Shown: positions 1-12,664 of the stretch, piece after piece
Numbering within the stretch: the stretch's first letter is position 1
How the letters are laid out: every line of letters begins with the position of its first letter
Origin: Raillietiella orientalis
Taxonomy: Eukaryota
Length of the DNA: 64,000 nt
Direction: 5' to 3'
Assembly (NCBI GenBank): GCA_036172245.1
Contig: JAYWIR010000018.1
Span: 2,604,001-2,668,000, forward strand
Notes under the pieces: generated by a model
The model's database searches: none
Told to the model about the DNA's origin: nothing
What the model saw: the letters and a program-made list of their open reading frames with translations, nothing else
Program-made: the position numbers and the translations under genes

Positions 1-471
1 TGTACGTAAATATAATTTGTATGTATAGTTTCTAACATAAGAGGCTTCTACCCAATATAAAGAGTACCATCATAACACAGGTTTTACGTATCTTGTTTAA
101 TGCCCCAACACCTGACCTTTATTTTATCGTATTTGTAATGCAAGATAAGCAACTTGCTTTAATAGGGAACTGGATCTGTCCGTGGCCAGTTTCTCGCTTC
201 CCTTAACCTAAGGATGCTTTTTAAAGTTAAACCTCCACTCTGATGGTAGCTCGTTTGTAAGGTGGGTTACCTTCTATTTTGTGCACAATTCAAGCTCCTT
301 TATAAAGCAGCTATTGTTGAATTGTAACATAATTCACATTATTTTATGTAGGTTCATGGTTTGGTGCCCAATTCAAAGGAATTGATGCTTAAATGATCAT
401 CGGATTAAGTCCATGTGAACGTGTATTTGCGATTGACCTTCAACAAGAGACGTAAACAAAAAAACTCCACC

Positions 472-2574
472 ATGTGTTCTGTTTATCTAATGCTGTATTT
501 TGGTAAATTTATGATATTCTGATATTACTTAAATTTTTAACAATTTACTTGTCATGTATTATTCTGATATATGAGTTTCTTAAAGGTAAAAAAAAAAAAA
601 AATTATTCTGCCTACAGTTCAGATTACTTTTGCAAGTCTTCGTCTAGAAGATTTGCAACCGGATAGTTCACCCAAGAAATACGGAAGCCCTTATGCACCA
701 GCTTCATATGTATGTCAAGGAATTTTGCATATCCCTTTTGCAGAGATTGAGGAACCATTCACTGCCTGGGTGGATTATGAAAATGGGAGATCCAGAATTG
801 ACTATTATGGAGGTTTAAAACTTTCCTTTCTGTATTTGTTAAACATTATTTATAGATATGGTAAAGACATACCAATTTGAAAAGGAAGGACAGTTTGGTG
901 CTGCATATAAAATTGCACCAATGACTACTGAAGAAGTTCAAAATCTTTTAACATGCCTTCAAGTCAATGGAACAGATGGTAATCTTATTGGCCTCCAAAG
1001 TGTGATTCCGGATTTAGAAGGCTTTGAAGTAAATATCCATGTAATACAACTTTTTTGGCTTTATTAATTTTAGTTAAAAAATTCTGAAGTGTTGAATGGT
1101 GTGGAAGTACAGAGACTTCAACTGACAACTTATGAAGAAAACAGAAGAAATGATTATATAGTGTGGGTGAGAAAGGATAATGGAGCTCCTGTTCGTTATG
1201 AAATGAAAGGATTCAACACATTATTGGGTTCTCATTATGATCACTATATCCTTGAGTATAACATTTATTCTCAAGAGAAAGTGGAGGACAGAGTCTTTGA
1301 TGTGCCCAGTGAGTCAATTACAGAATTTTTGCTGTAGCTGTGTGTGTTTTTTCCAGGAGATTCATGCCATAGTTTCCCTGGTCCTGGACATCAAGATCAG
1401 CTGTTAAGGCATCAGATACTCATGAACCCAATGCAGGAATTCGTTCTTCGTAAAGACCATTTGAATCCTTTGTTTAAGGATTTCGAGACCACCCATGGTA
1501 AATCATATAGCACTCCTAAAGAAAGGCAACAAAGAATGAAGGCATTTATTCAAAATCAGCGGTTCATTAATGCACATAATCGTGCAAACAAAGGCTATAC
1601 TCTGGCTATGAATCATCTAGGGGACAGAACTCCAGCTGAGTTAAAAGTTTTACTTGGTCGACGATCCCATGGTGATTCGAAGAAAATCAAACAGTTCAGG
1701 TGAGAAGTAAAGTGCTATAATTTGAAACTGTATTTCAGTGCACCAGAATTTCTTCAGCCAAAGTGGTATATTCCTGAGAGTTTTGACTGGAGACTCTTTG
1801 GAGCTGTGACACCAGTGAAAGATCAGTCAGTCTGTGGCTCTTGTTGGGCATTTGGAACTGTTGGCACTATAGAAGGCGCATACTTTCTAAAAAACAAGAC
1901 TCTTGTGCATTTTTCTGAACAGGCACTGGTGGACTGCAGCTGGGGTCAAGGAAACAATGGCTGTGATGGAGGGGAAGATTTCAGAGCTTATGACTGGATT
2001 CTAAAACATGGATTGCCAACAGATGAAAGTTATGGTTCTTACTTGGGACAGGTGTCTTGATTTCTTTTTTTTTCACTTTCATCTTTTTTTATATGTATAA
2101 AGCAAAGCCTTTTTTTTTTTGTTTTGTTTCTTGAGCTAGCATTGTTTTAGGATGGTTACTGCCATATTTCCAATGATTCCACCGTAACCCATATCAGTAA
2201 ATATCATTTTGTTCTCCCAAATCATGCATATTACCTAAAGGTAGCTTTACTCGATCATGGTCCAATCTCTGTTGCTATTGATGCTGGTCATCAGTCATTC
2301 TTTTTTTATAGTAATGGAGTATACTACCATCCAGATTGTGGTGAGTATCCCATTAGTGTGCTTTGGTTCTCCTATGCTGTTTGTAGGTAAAAAGGAAGAA
2401 GAGTTGAATCATGCTGTGCTGCTTGTAGGCTATGGTGACTTGGGTGGCAAGCCATACTGGCTGGTCAAAAATTCGTGGTCGACGTACTGGGGTAACGATG
2501 GTTATGTTCTCATATCGCAAGATAAAAATGATTGTGGTGTGACTACTATACCAACATATGTAGAGATCAAATAA
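472..2574 (+). CDS. Papain-family (C1A) cysteine protease, 26/29-kDa proteinase type (N-terminal extension + I29 prodomain + cathepsin L-like domain); 8 exons, ~555 aa
   Basis: Exons 472-502, 618-812, 856-1028, 1074-1308, 1357-1699, 1739-2051, 2151-2340, 2387-2574. All introns are GT-AG and phases join into one 1668-nt frame. Hydrophobic N-terminus MCSVYLMLYFVQITFA; N-domain IPFAEIEEPFTAWVD..SRIDYYG; prodomain FKDFETTHGKSY..F.QN.RFINAHN..LAMNHLGD; catalytic motifs QSVCGSCWAF, NHAV, KNSWSTYWG. Confidence 0.95.
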
Positions 2575-2584
2575 GAATGTTTAC

Positions 2585-2590
2585 AATAAA
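2585..2590 (+). terminator. Candidate polyadenylation signal of the protease gene
   Basis: AATAAA about 10 nt after the TAA stop. Confidence 0.55.
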
Positions 2591-2849
2591 ATAAGCAATA
2601 TATTTGTTCGTATCTCGACAAATGTAATCCCAAGAACCAAGTTTGCTTACAAGGTTTACTGTTAACCATGAGTTTGTTTGCAAGATAGCCAGAAATTGTG
2701 CTTTCTGAAGGAAGCAGAGTCATCGGTAATCTACACGTATGTGTGCATATGCCGGAAATGCAAAGAATTTCGGCTCTGCGTGAAATTGTAAACTCTTTCA
2801 AACGCAACTAATGCGCGTGCATTGCGGATGATATTAGCACATGGTTTCA

Positions 2850-3580
2850 TTCCCCCATGGTACCTTGTATTCATGGCATTTCTCGCCAGGATCCCATCAT
2901 TTGTTAAATGCTGTTTGTGTCCGTCAACTTGGTCCCGGCAACCCAGGTTCGAGGCAATTCTGGTTGCATGTCTCCGAGATCTCAGCGCTGCCACCCTCAC
3001 ACCGAAAGGTGTGGGCATTTTCCCATCCACTTGTGCAAAGAGGCTTTGTATTTCTGCTAATGTTTCGCATGACTTTGGGTTATAAAAAGTCGGTTGAATC
3101 CGTTTGCAAAGATTCGATTGCCGATGCCAGCTCTCCGCGCCAGCTTCCTGTGCGTTTGAATTTTCTGAAGAAATCGACGACGTCACGTAGCACCTGCATC
3201 ATCTTAGGTCCTGGAGCCTTTTATCTGTGACGTACATCATCGCCCCAGTTGCTCCCCAAATCGCTGTTCCCAAACTCTCCAATTCATAAGAAGTGGGAGA
3301 CTTTTTTTTTGCACAGTGGCTCAATCTCACTGGAGTGTTGGCGCACAAGCAGTCCTGATAATAATAAGTCTGCGATGACAAGAGTTTATGAATCTGGAAA
3401 TAGGATCGACTTTTTTAAGGGAGGGGCTCCCGCAAGATGTTGGCTATGAGCATCCTTAGGTGTTTCGGCATGGAAGGCAAAAGGAAAAGATTTATCTTTC
3501 CTCTTCTGTCTGCTTGCTGATAACCATGAGCAACGGCGCACACCCTGTTGCAATATTCCAAGTTTGAAGCAGAAAAGACA
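2850..3580 (-). mobile_element. Decayed non-LTR retrotransposon AP-endonuclease domain (RTE-like)
   Basis: Ordered degenerate APE motifs across shifting frames: LQTWNIAT (TWNV), AFHAET (LQET), IIIRTACAPT (YAPT), ENSNAQ (GDFNA), GIGNR..NG, NDGILAR (IDYIL). Confidence 0.5.
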
Positions 3581-4599
3581 AAACCGTGAAAGCTGGCACG
3601 TCACCGTCTCTAGGTGATTCTTCCGTTTCGGTGTTGGACCTCCCACTGCAGTTGAACCGTAAAATACGCATTAGCTTCTGAGCACGATGGACTCTACCAA
3701 GTTGCATGCCTGAAGATAACGTATCGTCCACGTTGGGTTGCGAAGGATTCAAACACGAGGCAGTCGCAGATTCCTAATAAAAACGAATGCACATGTGATG
3801 CATTGGAATGTTGCTCAAGAAGCACGCGACTGAAAGTCGGAAAAGCCATGGAGGCATTTCTTTGGAGGGTAACAGTCACTGTGCAAGCCAACCCACTGGC
3901 CCTGCAAACCCAATTCCATCTTGCAATGGGTAGACTGGGGAATGATAACATGTTCCAAACACAACACGAGTGCCAGCGTAGGGTGCAGGCCGAGCCTTAC
4001 CTTGAGAGTATTTTAAAAGTTTCGTCTTGGCGAGGTTCCGGGTTTTAGGTGGTGTTTGTTGCCATCCTCGAGGCAATGAAATAAACGAATGGATCTACGA
4101 GGAAAATTTATTGCACGGCTGAATTTGAGATTTATTCTGAAACACTACTGAAAGAGGCCTCAGCAGGATTTTTACCCCAACTTCGTCAGCAGCGCCATTT
4201 CGAGAGCAACCTCGTTGCATCGGTTGACGCAGCTGCAATCGAAAGTCGGTGTCAAAGGAATTCTCGTATTCGATTCGTTTCGAGGACAGTAATTCTGATG
4301 CGATCGATAGTCCTATGTGAATAACCGATTTGGGCCGACTCTGAGGACACGCGACCACTCTACGAGAGCAGCATTCCACGATGGAAAATTGTAGACGAAA
4401 AGTGGCGCGAACAAATCCTCTGCAACTTTGGCCGCTTTCCGGCTTTGCAGGCCGATATGAAGACGTTCGTTACGTGGCAGCGGAGGTCAAGGTTCACACT
4501 AGTCAACCGGAGTTTGCATCGGAGACCTAACCGGGGATCTGAGGCCGACTATACAATTTCCCAGTTCACAAGAAATCTGATAAATTTGTCTTCCATTAC

Positions 4600-4800
4600 G
4601 TCCTGACGATGAGGCAGTGTGTGAAGGTCAGAATCAGGACATGGGTGAAAGACATCTTGCATGTGCATCTGGAAACTGACGATCCTGAAAAGTCACAGAC
4701 ATCCACGTGGCTCTTCGCCTCTAAAGGGCAAGTCAAAAATACAGCAAGACAAAATGAAGCAGTTAGGTACATTCAGCAACATAAAGTGTATTGTCTATGA
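4600..4800 (+). mobile_element. Ty3/gypsy pol fragment (protease-RT linker)
   Basis: PRGSSPLKGKSKIQQDKMKQLGTFSNI resembles the gypsy PRxVPxxLxxKVxxELDxMxxLGII segment. Confidence 0.35.
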
Positions 4801-5399
4801 AGGAAAAGATAACTTGCTATCATTTTCTCATTCACAGATAATGCTTGACGAAACGATTTTTTTTTTTTATACGTATCCTGGCAGACGCTTCTGAAGTCGG
4901 GAGGTGTAAAAATTTTCCCTCGCGTTTCTTACTCGATGGCTAAAGAGTTTCGAAACACTTTGAGGCTGAATGAAACTTCAATTTTCTTTCCTTTCTGAGT
5001 TCTTCCAGCCTATTCTGAAGAAAAGGAAAGAAAAAAAAACGCACGTTTTCCGCCCTCATGTGGTTCTTTTCACTTGGGGCAGGCAGATTTTGTTCCTTCG
5101 GCTCTTTTGAAAATCCGCCGACCTCTCCGAATTCAACAGAAGTCCGAGGAGCTGAAGATGGAATGGCGCAATACGCGTCGAAGAAGAAATTCCCCGAAAC
5201 TCCCTGTCCGCTCAGCACAAAGAATCCTTTCGTTCCGTGGAGAGCATGAAAAAATTCGGAGTATGGGAAAACCCCATGTAGAAAAGTTTTAAGGGTTTTC
5301 CGCTTCCCCCTCAAGCCAGTGCGGATGCGAACATCTCCAGCACAATCGAAAGAGCCCGTGCCTGACAGGGCATCGCGGGTCAGTGAAAACGAACCATTC

Positions 5400-6480
5400 C
5401 GACGAGAGACGTCAGGACAGAGTGTGAGGTGGCAACTTCTTTTAGCGATGGACACGCCATTTACATCATTGGCTCCGAGACCAAGGAACAAAAGGGGAGC
5501 TGACTGGAGTGGATGACTGGAGAGTCTGTACACTCGAATCCATTTCGCACTTCTTGGGCAGCGCGCCGCAACAGGCTCGGATTACGTGTCACTGCGCCTC
5601 TCAACCTCATTCAGCTCATTCCTCGAAACCATGGGAACGCTGACGTGGCTGCAGCGAGATTCACGCGCCGCTGCTGTACTTTTGCCTGCTTATCGTGAAC
5701 CCGGTACCTCATTCAGGTCACGGTTTCAGGATTGGGCCGATTTACAAAGTGACTTCCAGAGTCGCACCAGGGATCCCTACGGATGGAAGAAACGTTGAAA
5801 CAAAATAAAGGCAAAACAAAAAACCGTTTCATGATCCTCAAGAGACGCTGCTGAAGAGAGGGTTCCGACGAAGAAATCATGGATGCAGCGCTTCCTTACG
5901 TTGACGCGAGATGGCAATCCATTCCGCCCGACGTGCTAAGTGGACATGCAAGGGATTTGAGATGAAAATTGGATGCCGGGGGACGTGATCTCGTAACCAA
6001 TCGAATAGCCAATTCCTCTCGAGTGTGGTCCCCTAATCGAATTTGGTCTCAGGAAATGAATTCCATGCTGGATGGATCGAACGGAAGACCAGACAGTTAT
6101 GAGATGCGATAAGAACTGCAATGAAACAATCAGAAATAATTTGAATCGGCGCAACGAATACCATCGACAGTGGTATGCACGGACTTGACTCAGTAATAAA
6201 CTATTCTCAGGATTTTTATCCTGAAGGGGTAATGCGTTATGATGGACTACACCGAAAGAACCTGAGGAGACTACGTGTAATGGTGTGCTGCACCGAGAGC
6301 ACCAGTCCAGATTTCGAAATAACTGGAAGTTTGTACTCATCGTATCATTGCATCCGTTTTCGGAGTGATCAACCCGAAACGTGGAGAATACGTGATGCAA
6401 CAACGTCTTCTTGTCAGCTTCCTGCAGCATGCACACGCTTCTGCAAAGCTCGCCGAGTTATCGGATTATCGTTTCCGTAA
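5400..6480 (+). mobile_element. Decayed Ty3/gypsy pol (RT) relic
   Basis: GLDSVINYSQDF...KNLRRLR resembles the YxDDI..L.RL core. It shares similarity with 7650-7790. Stops and frameshifts throughout. Confidence 0.45.
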
Positions 6481-6599
6481 ATGGAGCGCACTGCTTACGT
6501 GAACCCCCCCCCCCCCTCATACGTGGGTTTACATGCAAGCGGTAAGCAATGATGGGAAGAACAATATACGAACGAGCAGAAGGAGATCTGCTCTTCGCA

Positions 6600-7475
6600 G
6601 ATAAACGCCAGGTCACGTGGCTGCTGCAATCCTAATCGCTGAACTTTGAGCGGGTGATGCCCTCGAGGAGACACGGGGGGTGCTGAGGGAGGGTGAGGTG
6701 CTTTCCCCAGCGGCACCCGACAACACAAGAGAACCAAGACTACGGAAGCAGCCGCTGTGCTGGCGTTGTCGCCGGCACAACGCCAGCACAGCACCCGGGA
6801 GCCTGTTGTTGGGAAGTCCTTGGACTCTGGGTGAAACACAAGGCTGCTTCCGGGAGACTCCCGTAAGCGCTGGGAGTGGCAAGCACCGCCGCCTTCTGCA
6901 AAGCAGAGGGCAGGACGAAGAGCGGGTCCCCTTTGTCTTATGAGAGCCATTCCTCCGAATCCTGAGCGTCCCTTAGTCAGTAGTGCGTTAGGGAATCTGA
7001 GAAGGCGCTTCCACCACTGCCCTGTGATCTCGGGGGGGTCCTCTGCGGCCCTGAGATCGCCGCCGGAGCTCCGGCAGCTGCGCTCCCGGAGGCTGCCTCC
7101 TCGGAGGAGAACCCGCCAAGGGCTCTTCTCGCCGCCGCCCACGCACTCGCTTGTAGGCTCTCTCGGCGCGTGCGGCGGCTTGCGCGGGGCGGAGCCTGAG
7201 GGCAGGGCGGGACCCCGAGAAGCTGGGCGTCCGTACCCATTCGCGGCCCCGTGCCTCGCCAGACTTGTGGAACGTTCTTTCTGAACTGCTCATTCGGGAG
7301 CGCGCGCGCTTGGCCCGCGGCCAGCAACTCGGTCGCGCAGCTACGTTTCCACGGAGGCTTCTGGGCGCTGCAGAGCTGAGCAGTCCGCTCCCGTCGACAC
7401 GAGCCACCCTCCGCTGCTCGCGCGCCTCTGCTCCAAACCTCTGCCGGAAGCGATCGTTCTTGCTGAAAGCCATCC
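6600..7475 (-). mobile_element. Probable L1/Tx1-like LINE relic (post-RT region)
   Basis: GC-rich block between two gypsy RT relics, with only weak motifs (LLTKGRSGFGG resembling the GGLG region). Confidence 0.25.
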
Positions 7476-7489
7476 TTGGTACAAAGGTG

Positions 7490-8450
7490 TGATGTTTTTC
7501 TACGTTCTTTCTACCTCCAATACGCGCGTCGACTTTTAGAGAGCATTTTATGGAATGATTTCAGGTCCAGTGTCTTCCATCTGACCATGAAACCAGCTAC
7601 GTGTTCGCCTACGGTTACATGAGACTTTATCCACTAGCAATACTTGTTGATTCAAAACGACCACAGGAAGGTTATTCTCGATATTTTCATCCTCAAGGGA
7701 CAACGTGCTATGATGTACTGCAACACCTGAAACATCATTTGCACTCGCCGCATACCGAGTGAGAAGAAACTCGAAACGCGGAGGGCACGCGCGAAATCCT
7801 CCACGCCACAACAAGGCGCGCGATCTAGGGAGGGAAAATGCAATTACAAAGCCGACTGAAACCTCGAAACGCAGCAGCTCTGTTTAAGGGGCCAGGTTTT
7901 CGGAAGCCCAGGGCTGGTGCCCTCGTGTGCTGCGTCAAGTTCGCCAGGGACGCAGCTGCCACTGCCGCCATGTCCCCGAGTGAGCTCCGGAAAGGGAGTG
8001 CGGATGAAGCGTAGCAATGGGAGTGAACAACTTGATCAGGTATAAATCCTGCAAGATAAACCAGGCAGAGATTTTCAGAAAGAGCCGACCCGAACGGGAA
8101 TCCTGGAAGAGGTGGCTTGTGAGAGCGGGCGCAGAGGGCAGAAGCTGTTGTCGGACTGGGCGTGGCAGGGAAAACTTCGTTCGCCGAGCTGGAATCTGAA
8201 CAAAGAGAACGGGAACAAATTGTTGGTGAACATTCCACATTCCGCAGCTGCCTTCCGCCCGATCACCTGCCAGCCAGACCCGTCTTCTAGACGGAAAAAA
8301 AGCAGCTGCCAGGGTGGGACCCCGGATCGATTCCCTACATTCTTGAGGCGATGGCTGCAATTCGTTCCTCGATCCTCCGCAATAAAAACGACGCACCAAA
8401 ACCAGCAGAGCAGATGAAACGCAGTGACCGGTCACAGTGTGAGTTGCTTC
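7490..8450 (+). mobile_element. Decayed Ty3/gypsy RT-RNase H relic
   Basis: Ordered remnants: VDF*RAFY (LDLxxAY), YS/DIFI..LQHLK (YxDDI..EH), DHLP (TDHxPL), LRRWL, RAD (NxxAD). Confidence 0.45.
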
Positions 8451-8689
8451 ATGACATCGAGTCTCCTTCCATACATTTGGAATCAGAATGGTGAGCAGAG
8501 CACAGGGGAGGAAGGAAATCACCTTAGGCGCAACTCTAAGTTGGATGCAGAGCTAGGAAGGACCATGGACTTCAAAGCATCCGAAGGTCGAGGGGCAGGC
8601 ATGACTTCTGCGGGGACAAAAAGGGATTCGCAGCACTCCCTGTACGGAAGAGAACCTTAGTGCTCGCGGCCTACAAGGTCACGACTTGA

Positions 8690-9275
8690 CCCGGCCGAGA
8701 GCACAGCCTGTAAAAGCATCACTCTCCAGAGTTGGAGCTGTCCGATTGCTCAGAAGACGCGAGCCGCCGCACCAGCCGCCAAACGGTGGTCATGAAACGG
8801 ATGAACAAAAACCGTGGGATGGGTCAAGAGGGCCGCCCTCAAAGAGTGGGAACTGGAGCCTTCCTTCCACCCTCATCCCGCCCCAGGAAGCCACTTCGGA
8901 CTAAGACCGGATCCGGACGACGGTTGCCACGGCCTCCGTCCATTTCGAGATTGCACTGCAGCGCCCCTCGCGAGGGCATTCGGTGGAGACTCTCTTCAGC
9001 GAGTCGTGACCCCCAGAGGACACCCCCGGCTTCGGACTGACTGCGACGCTTCTTCACTCAAGGTGGACTGGCAGCGGGCTCCGTAATCGCAACGAGACGC
9101 TGCATCCGCGAACCAAGGTGACGGTCCGTACCGTGATGGAGTCTTGCTCGCAGCGAAGGGAGGCCACGGACGTGGCAGCTTCCTCAATGAGGGTGGCTGC
9201 ACGGTAGTCTCATCTGCAGAACTCGCCAGCATTGGGCGCCAGCTGTAGGAAGAAAGGAGCGGCTGAGACCAAAGA
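8690..9275 (-). mobile_element. L1/Tx1-like RT relic, copy A (inverted homolog of 34840-35580)
   Basis: SWRPM..DY (NWRPI..DYK) and RGALQCNL (RGVRQGCPL). Clear nucleotide and translated similarity to 34840-35580 (RMPSRGALQCNLEMDGGR vs RMPPRGALQCNLEMEGGR). Confidence 0.6.
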
Positions 9276-10699
9276 CCACTGTCCCTCCCCCCCCCCCCAC
9301 ACACATTTTTACTAAATTTATTTCCCCTTTCTCCCTCTCCCGACTCCCTTTGAAGCCGGTCTGAGAGCTGGTGATCATCCTAATGAGCTTTTTTTTTTTG
9401 CAGCTGACCCGTGATTTATTCGTTTTTAAATAAACGCCCTGGCATGACCGGGCACTAAGCCATCTGCATTCTTTGACCTAAGAGTGCTTGTACGTAGAGA
9501 CATAGAGAGAGGGGGGGGGGGGGGAGGGAAGAGGCATAACAGCGTCATCATTCCCGCAGGCGTGGAAGTTTCAGTTAGGTAAGCGAAGGGAAGTCTCGCT
9601 CACTTCTGGTAATTCTTCCACCCAAGCGGTCCGCGCTACACATCGAACCGAGGAAGTCGCTGCTTCCGGTTCCGTCCTGTGACGTGAAGATTCTGAGAGA
9701 AGGCGGTGTTGAGGCTCTGGCGACGTGGCCACCGCCGAACTTGTCGGCCGCATGGATTCCTACCTCTCGCGCGAAGCGGAAGGAGCGAAAGGAGTGTCCG
9801 AACCCGAGACTTCGAGCTTTCAAGAAGGCTGTCGCGAGAAGAGGTGGCCCCCAGGCAGACCGGTGCGGGGGCCAGCTCTATAGCAACCGCAGCCGCAGTT
9901 CCCGAGCGTGCATCCAGTTAGCTCATCTAGGTGCTGCAGCCACGGCAGCTCCTTCGGCTCAGTCAGCTGTTTCGATGTGTGCTTTTTGATAAACTTGATA
10001 AAGGCGGACGGGGAAGTTGAGCAATAGGCGAGGGGTCACCCTGACTCAGTTCTTCCATTCCGCTGTTTCGCGGGAATGGCGCCGTAGATGCGGTTGAGCT
10101 CGGCAGGGAGGGAGGGGGAGCAAACGAACCTTCGAGAGCTGCGAACAAGACAGGGGAAAACCGACTTCAGGGTCTCCAGCCTCATCTTCCCGCCGCTTCC
10201 CATTACCATCTCCTCACCGTGGGAGCCCGCTTCCCCAACACGAAGTTCGCTGCCATCGGCCCAATTTCCGAAGGGCAGGGAGGGGACGGCCATCTTTGGA
10301 TGAGCGATTTCGCGGGACTCTGACGCGCACGCCGCGTGCAGAACGGCGCTCGGCAGAACGGCTGCATCGAGGATGCGCCGTAGGCAGACGGTAGGATTCC
10401 TTCGGTGGAAAAGGGGGGGGGGGGAGAAGGGAGGACCACCACCGCCTTTGGTCCTTCACCTGGACACCTCACAGCGTTCCTCCGCGTCATCACTGCTGGT
10501 ACTCCGCCCGCTGCACCACGAGCTCAGTAGTGCTCGTGGCGCGCTGCGCTTGCCTGCCGACTCACCCGCTGCTGCTGCGTGATGCCGGCGGCGACGAAGG
10601 TGTTGAACCGGAAGGAGGCGCCACCGGCATTCGGCCGAGCCACTGGCGAGCATGGGCGAACGCGACCTCAGCAGTTGCGTTCCGCACGCGTTCGCAGGC

Positions 10700-11300
10700 G
10701 CGGAACGCAACGGCTGATTGGCCGGTGAGTGGTGGTGATTCTGGGCGAGCGGAGGGACCAGGTCGCCTTGCGATCGGGGATCTCCTGGGACTTGCGTTCG
10801 AGCGAGCCGTTCCCGAAGGCTGCGCCCGTGGACCCCTCTTCCGCATCGGATGTCTTTGTCGCGTCTCCGGGCAGTTTCCTCGCGCCCGATCCCTTTTGAG
10901 TCCATACTTCGCGGGCACGTCGGGAGGCAGGAACGGCGCCCTGTCCCGGAGCCAGAGGGGCCGTCTCTGCAGCAACTGGCGGGTCGCCGTGCACCCCTTC
11001 CCCTCCCTGTCCCGGCCTCCGCGGCCTCACCACCGTCCCGCTCGCTGCCCGCGGCAACCGGCACTTTCCCCGGAGCTTTGCCGTTCAGCTCGCCCGTCCT
11101 GCTCTCCAAAGTGCATCCCCAGGGGCCAATGGCCCGAGTGTCAGCGGCGAAGCAGCCCGGACTCCTCGCCCTATTGCGGCTGTTTTCGCCTCTCTTCGAT
11201 AGACCGGGACAAACTTTGGTGAGGGCCGCAACGGTTCGCTCGGCCTTCTGCCCCTGTTCCCGGCTCTCCACGACCGAGCTGCACGTCAGGGCTGCTGGGG
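10700..11300 (+). mobile_element. Possible gypsy integrase relic
   Basis: HPQG/NG.ECQR near 11113-11148 resembles the integrase YHPQxNGxVER motif with frameshifts. Little else is preserved. Confidence 0.25.
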
Positions 11301-12222
11301 ACCTGCTCCAGGGCTGCCTCCCTGCGGCTTCATCCTGGCCGAGAGTGGTTCGCAGTGTCTGGCGTGTGGATGGCGTGGGGCTGCGTGGGTGAGCACAGCT
11401 GAGCAGCGGCGACGCTGATTGAATTCGGCGCGAAAGGTGGCGGTTCGAATTTCAAGCGGAGCTCAGAGTCTCGACCTATCAGCTAACCATAAGGGAGGAG
11501 GGTCCTTGTGTGCGGGGGTAGACCGGCTACCTTCGTGCTTTGACGGAGGCACAATCGCTGTAGCAAGAATCCTCTGGCGCTAAATGGTAGCCTCCGGCTA
11601 TGACCGCCTTCTGGAACCCTGGTGAACATGCAGGTGGCTCCCGCGCAGAAGATTCGTGTCCGCTTGCTCACGCGCTTTTGTCGATGCTCCTGTTGGTGGA
11701 TGGTACGCAGTCCGTTCCGCGGTGGAGAATTCTTCGGTTTCCTTCAGGTGCTTTTGATGTCGATTTGGTCCCATGAGAGAGGGGAGGCGCTGAGTTGCGG
11801 CGTGCAAGGTCAGTCATCCTTGTAGTCATCTTGGCAAAACAGGAAAAGCCTGGTTGATTCCCAGAGGCGTCTTCTATACCACATTGGAGTGAACTTTTCG
11901 TGCTGTTTCCTAGAGCAGCTGTGAGAAGCCTCCAGCTGCCCGCTGCAAGGAAAAGGTTGCCCACCAAAGGGGTGGGACAGCCTCGTAGGAAGTCCAGGAC
12001 GGATTCGTCATCGGAGCAAGCCAGGACAAGATGAGATGACAAGAACGGGTTCGGGAGACGTGATCCTCCTTTAATACAAACGGTTGTGGATCAATGTCGG
12101 AGTGACCTCAAAGGTTAGTGCAGCACACGGGTGTAACGGGTGCCGATTATTTCCAAAGCAGCGGTCACTGTAGACAGCGATGCTTTTCCTCACTGGAATC
12201 ACGTTGTCAGGAAAGAATTGCA

Positions 12223-12664
12223 ATGAAGAAATCCGCAAACGTGTACGCGGGAGCGTTTACGTTTCTACATACTCACACCTCTACAGGTGAATACATGTGC
12301 ATGGATACCTGCTTAGGTAGTTCAATTCATGTGCACGATGGCTTCGCTTGTTTTTCATTTTCAGGGATGGTCCGTCCAAAAGAATGTGGCGATAACATTT
12401 TTCCAGTATCCCGTTATTTTCGGACCGATTCAGATAAACGGGATCAGCATATTTCGAGCCTGGAAGAACTCATACGTGGTTGAGACAGATAACATTGTAA
12501 TTATGGATCGTAATTCTACAGCTCTGTCTGGTAGCACTTTTAAATTTTGTACCGGAAGCTGTTGGAGAGGGGAAAACGCTTGCTACCACTACAGAGAAGC
12601 TTCTAGAAGTTGTAAAAATACTTTCAATGAAGCAAACTGGAAAGCCTGGGTTGTTATTGGCTGA
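12223..12664 (+). CDS. Candidate small spliced orphan gene or gene fragment (~106 aa, 5 Cys)
   Basis: Exons 12223-12286, 12365-12478, 12522-12664 join in frame (321 nt) via GT-AG introns of 78 and 43 nt, in a lower-GC island. No family recognised. Confidence 0.3.

Noticed and set aside
1..470. Possible exons of an upstream gene
   Set aside because: Splice-like sites exist on both strands, but the frames I tested hit stops and no motif was recognisable. It may be 5' UTR.
11390..11460. GGTTCGAATT B-box-like motif as a tRNA gene
   Set aside because: No convincing cloverleaf; at most another SINE remnant.
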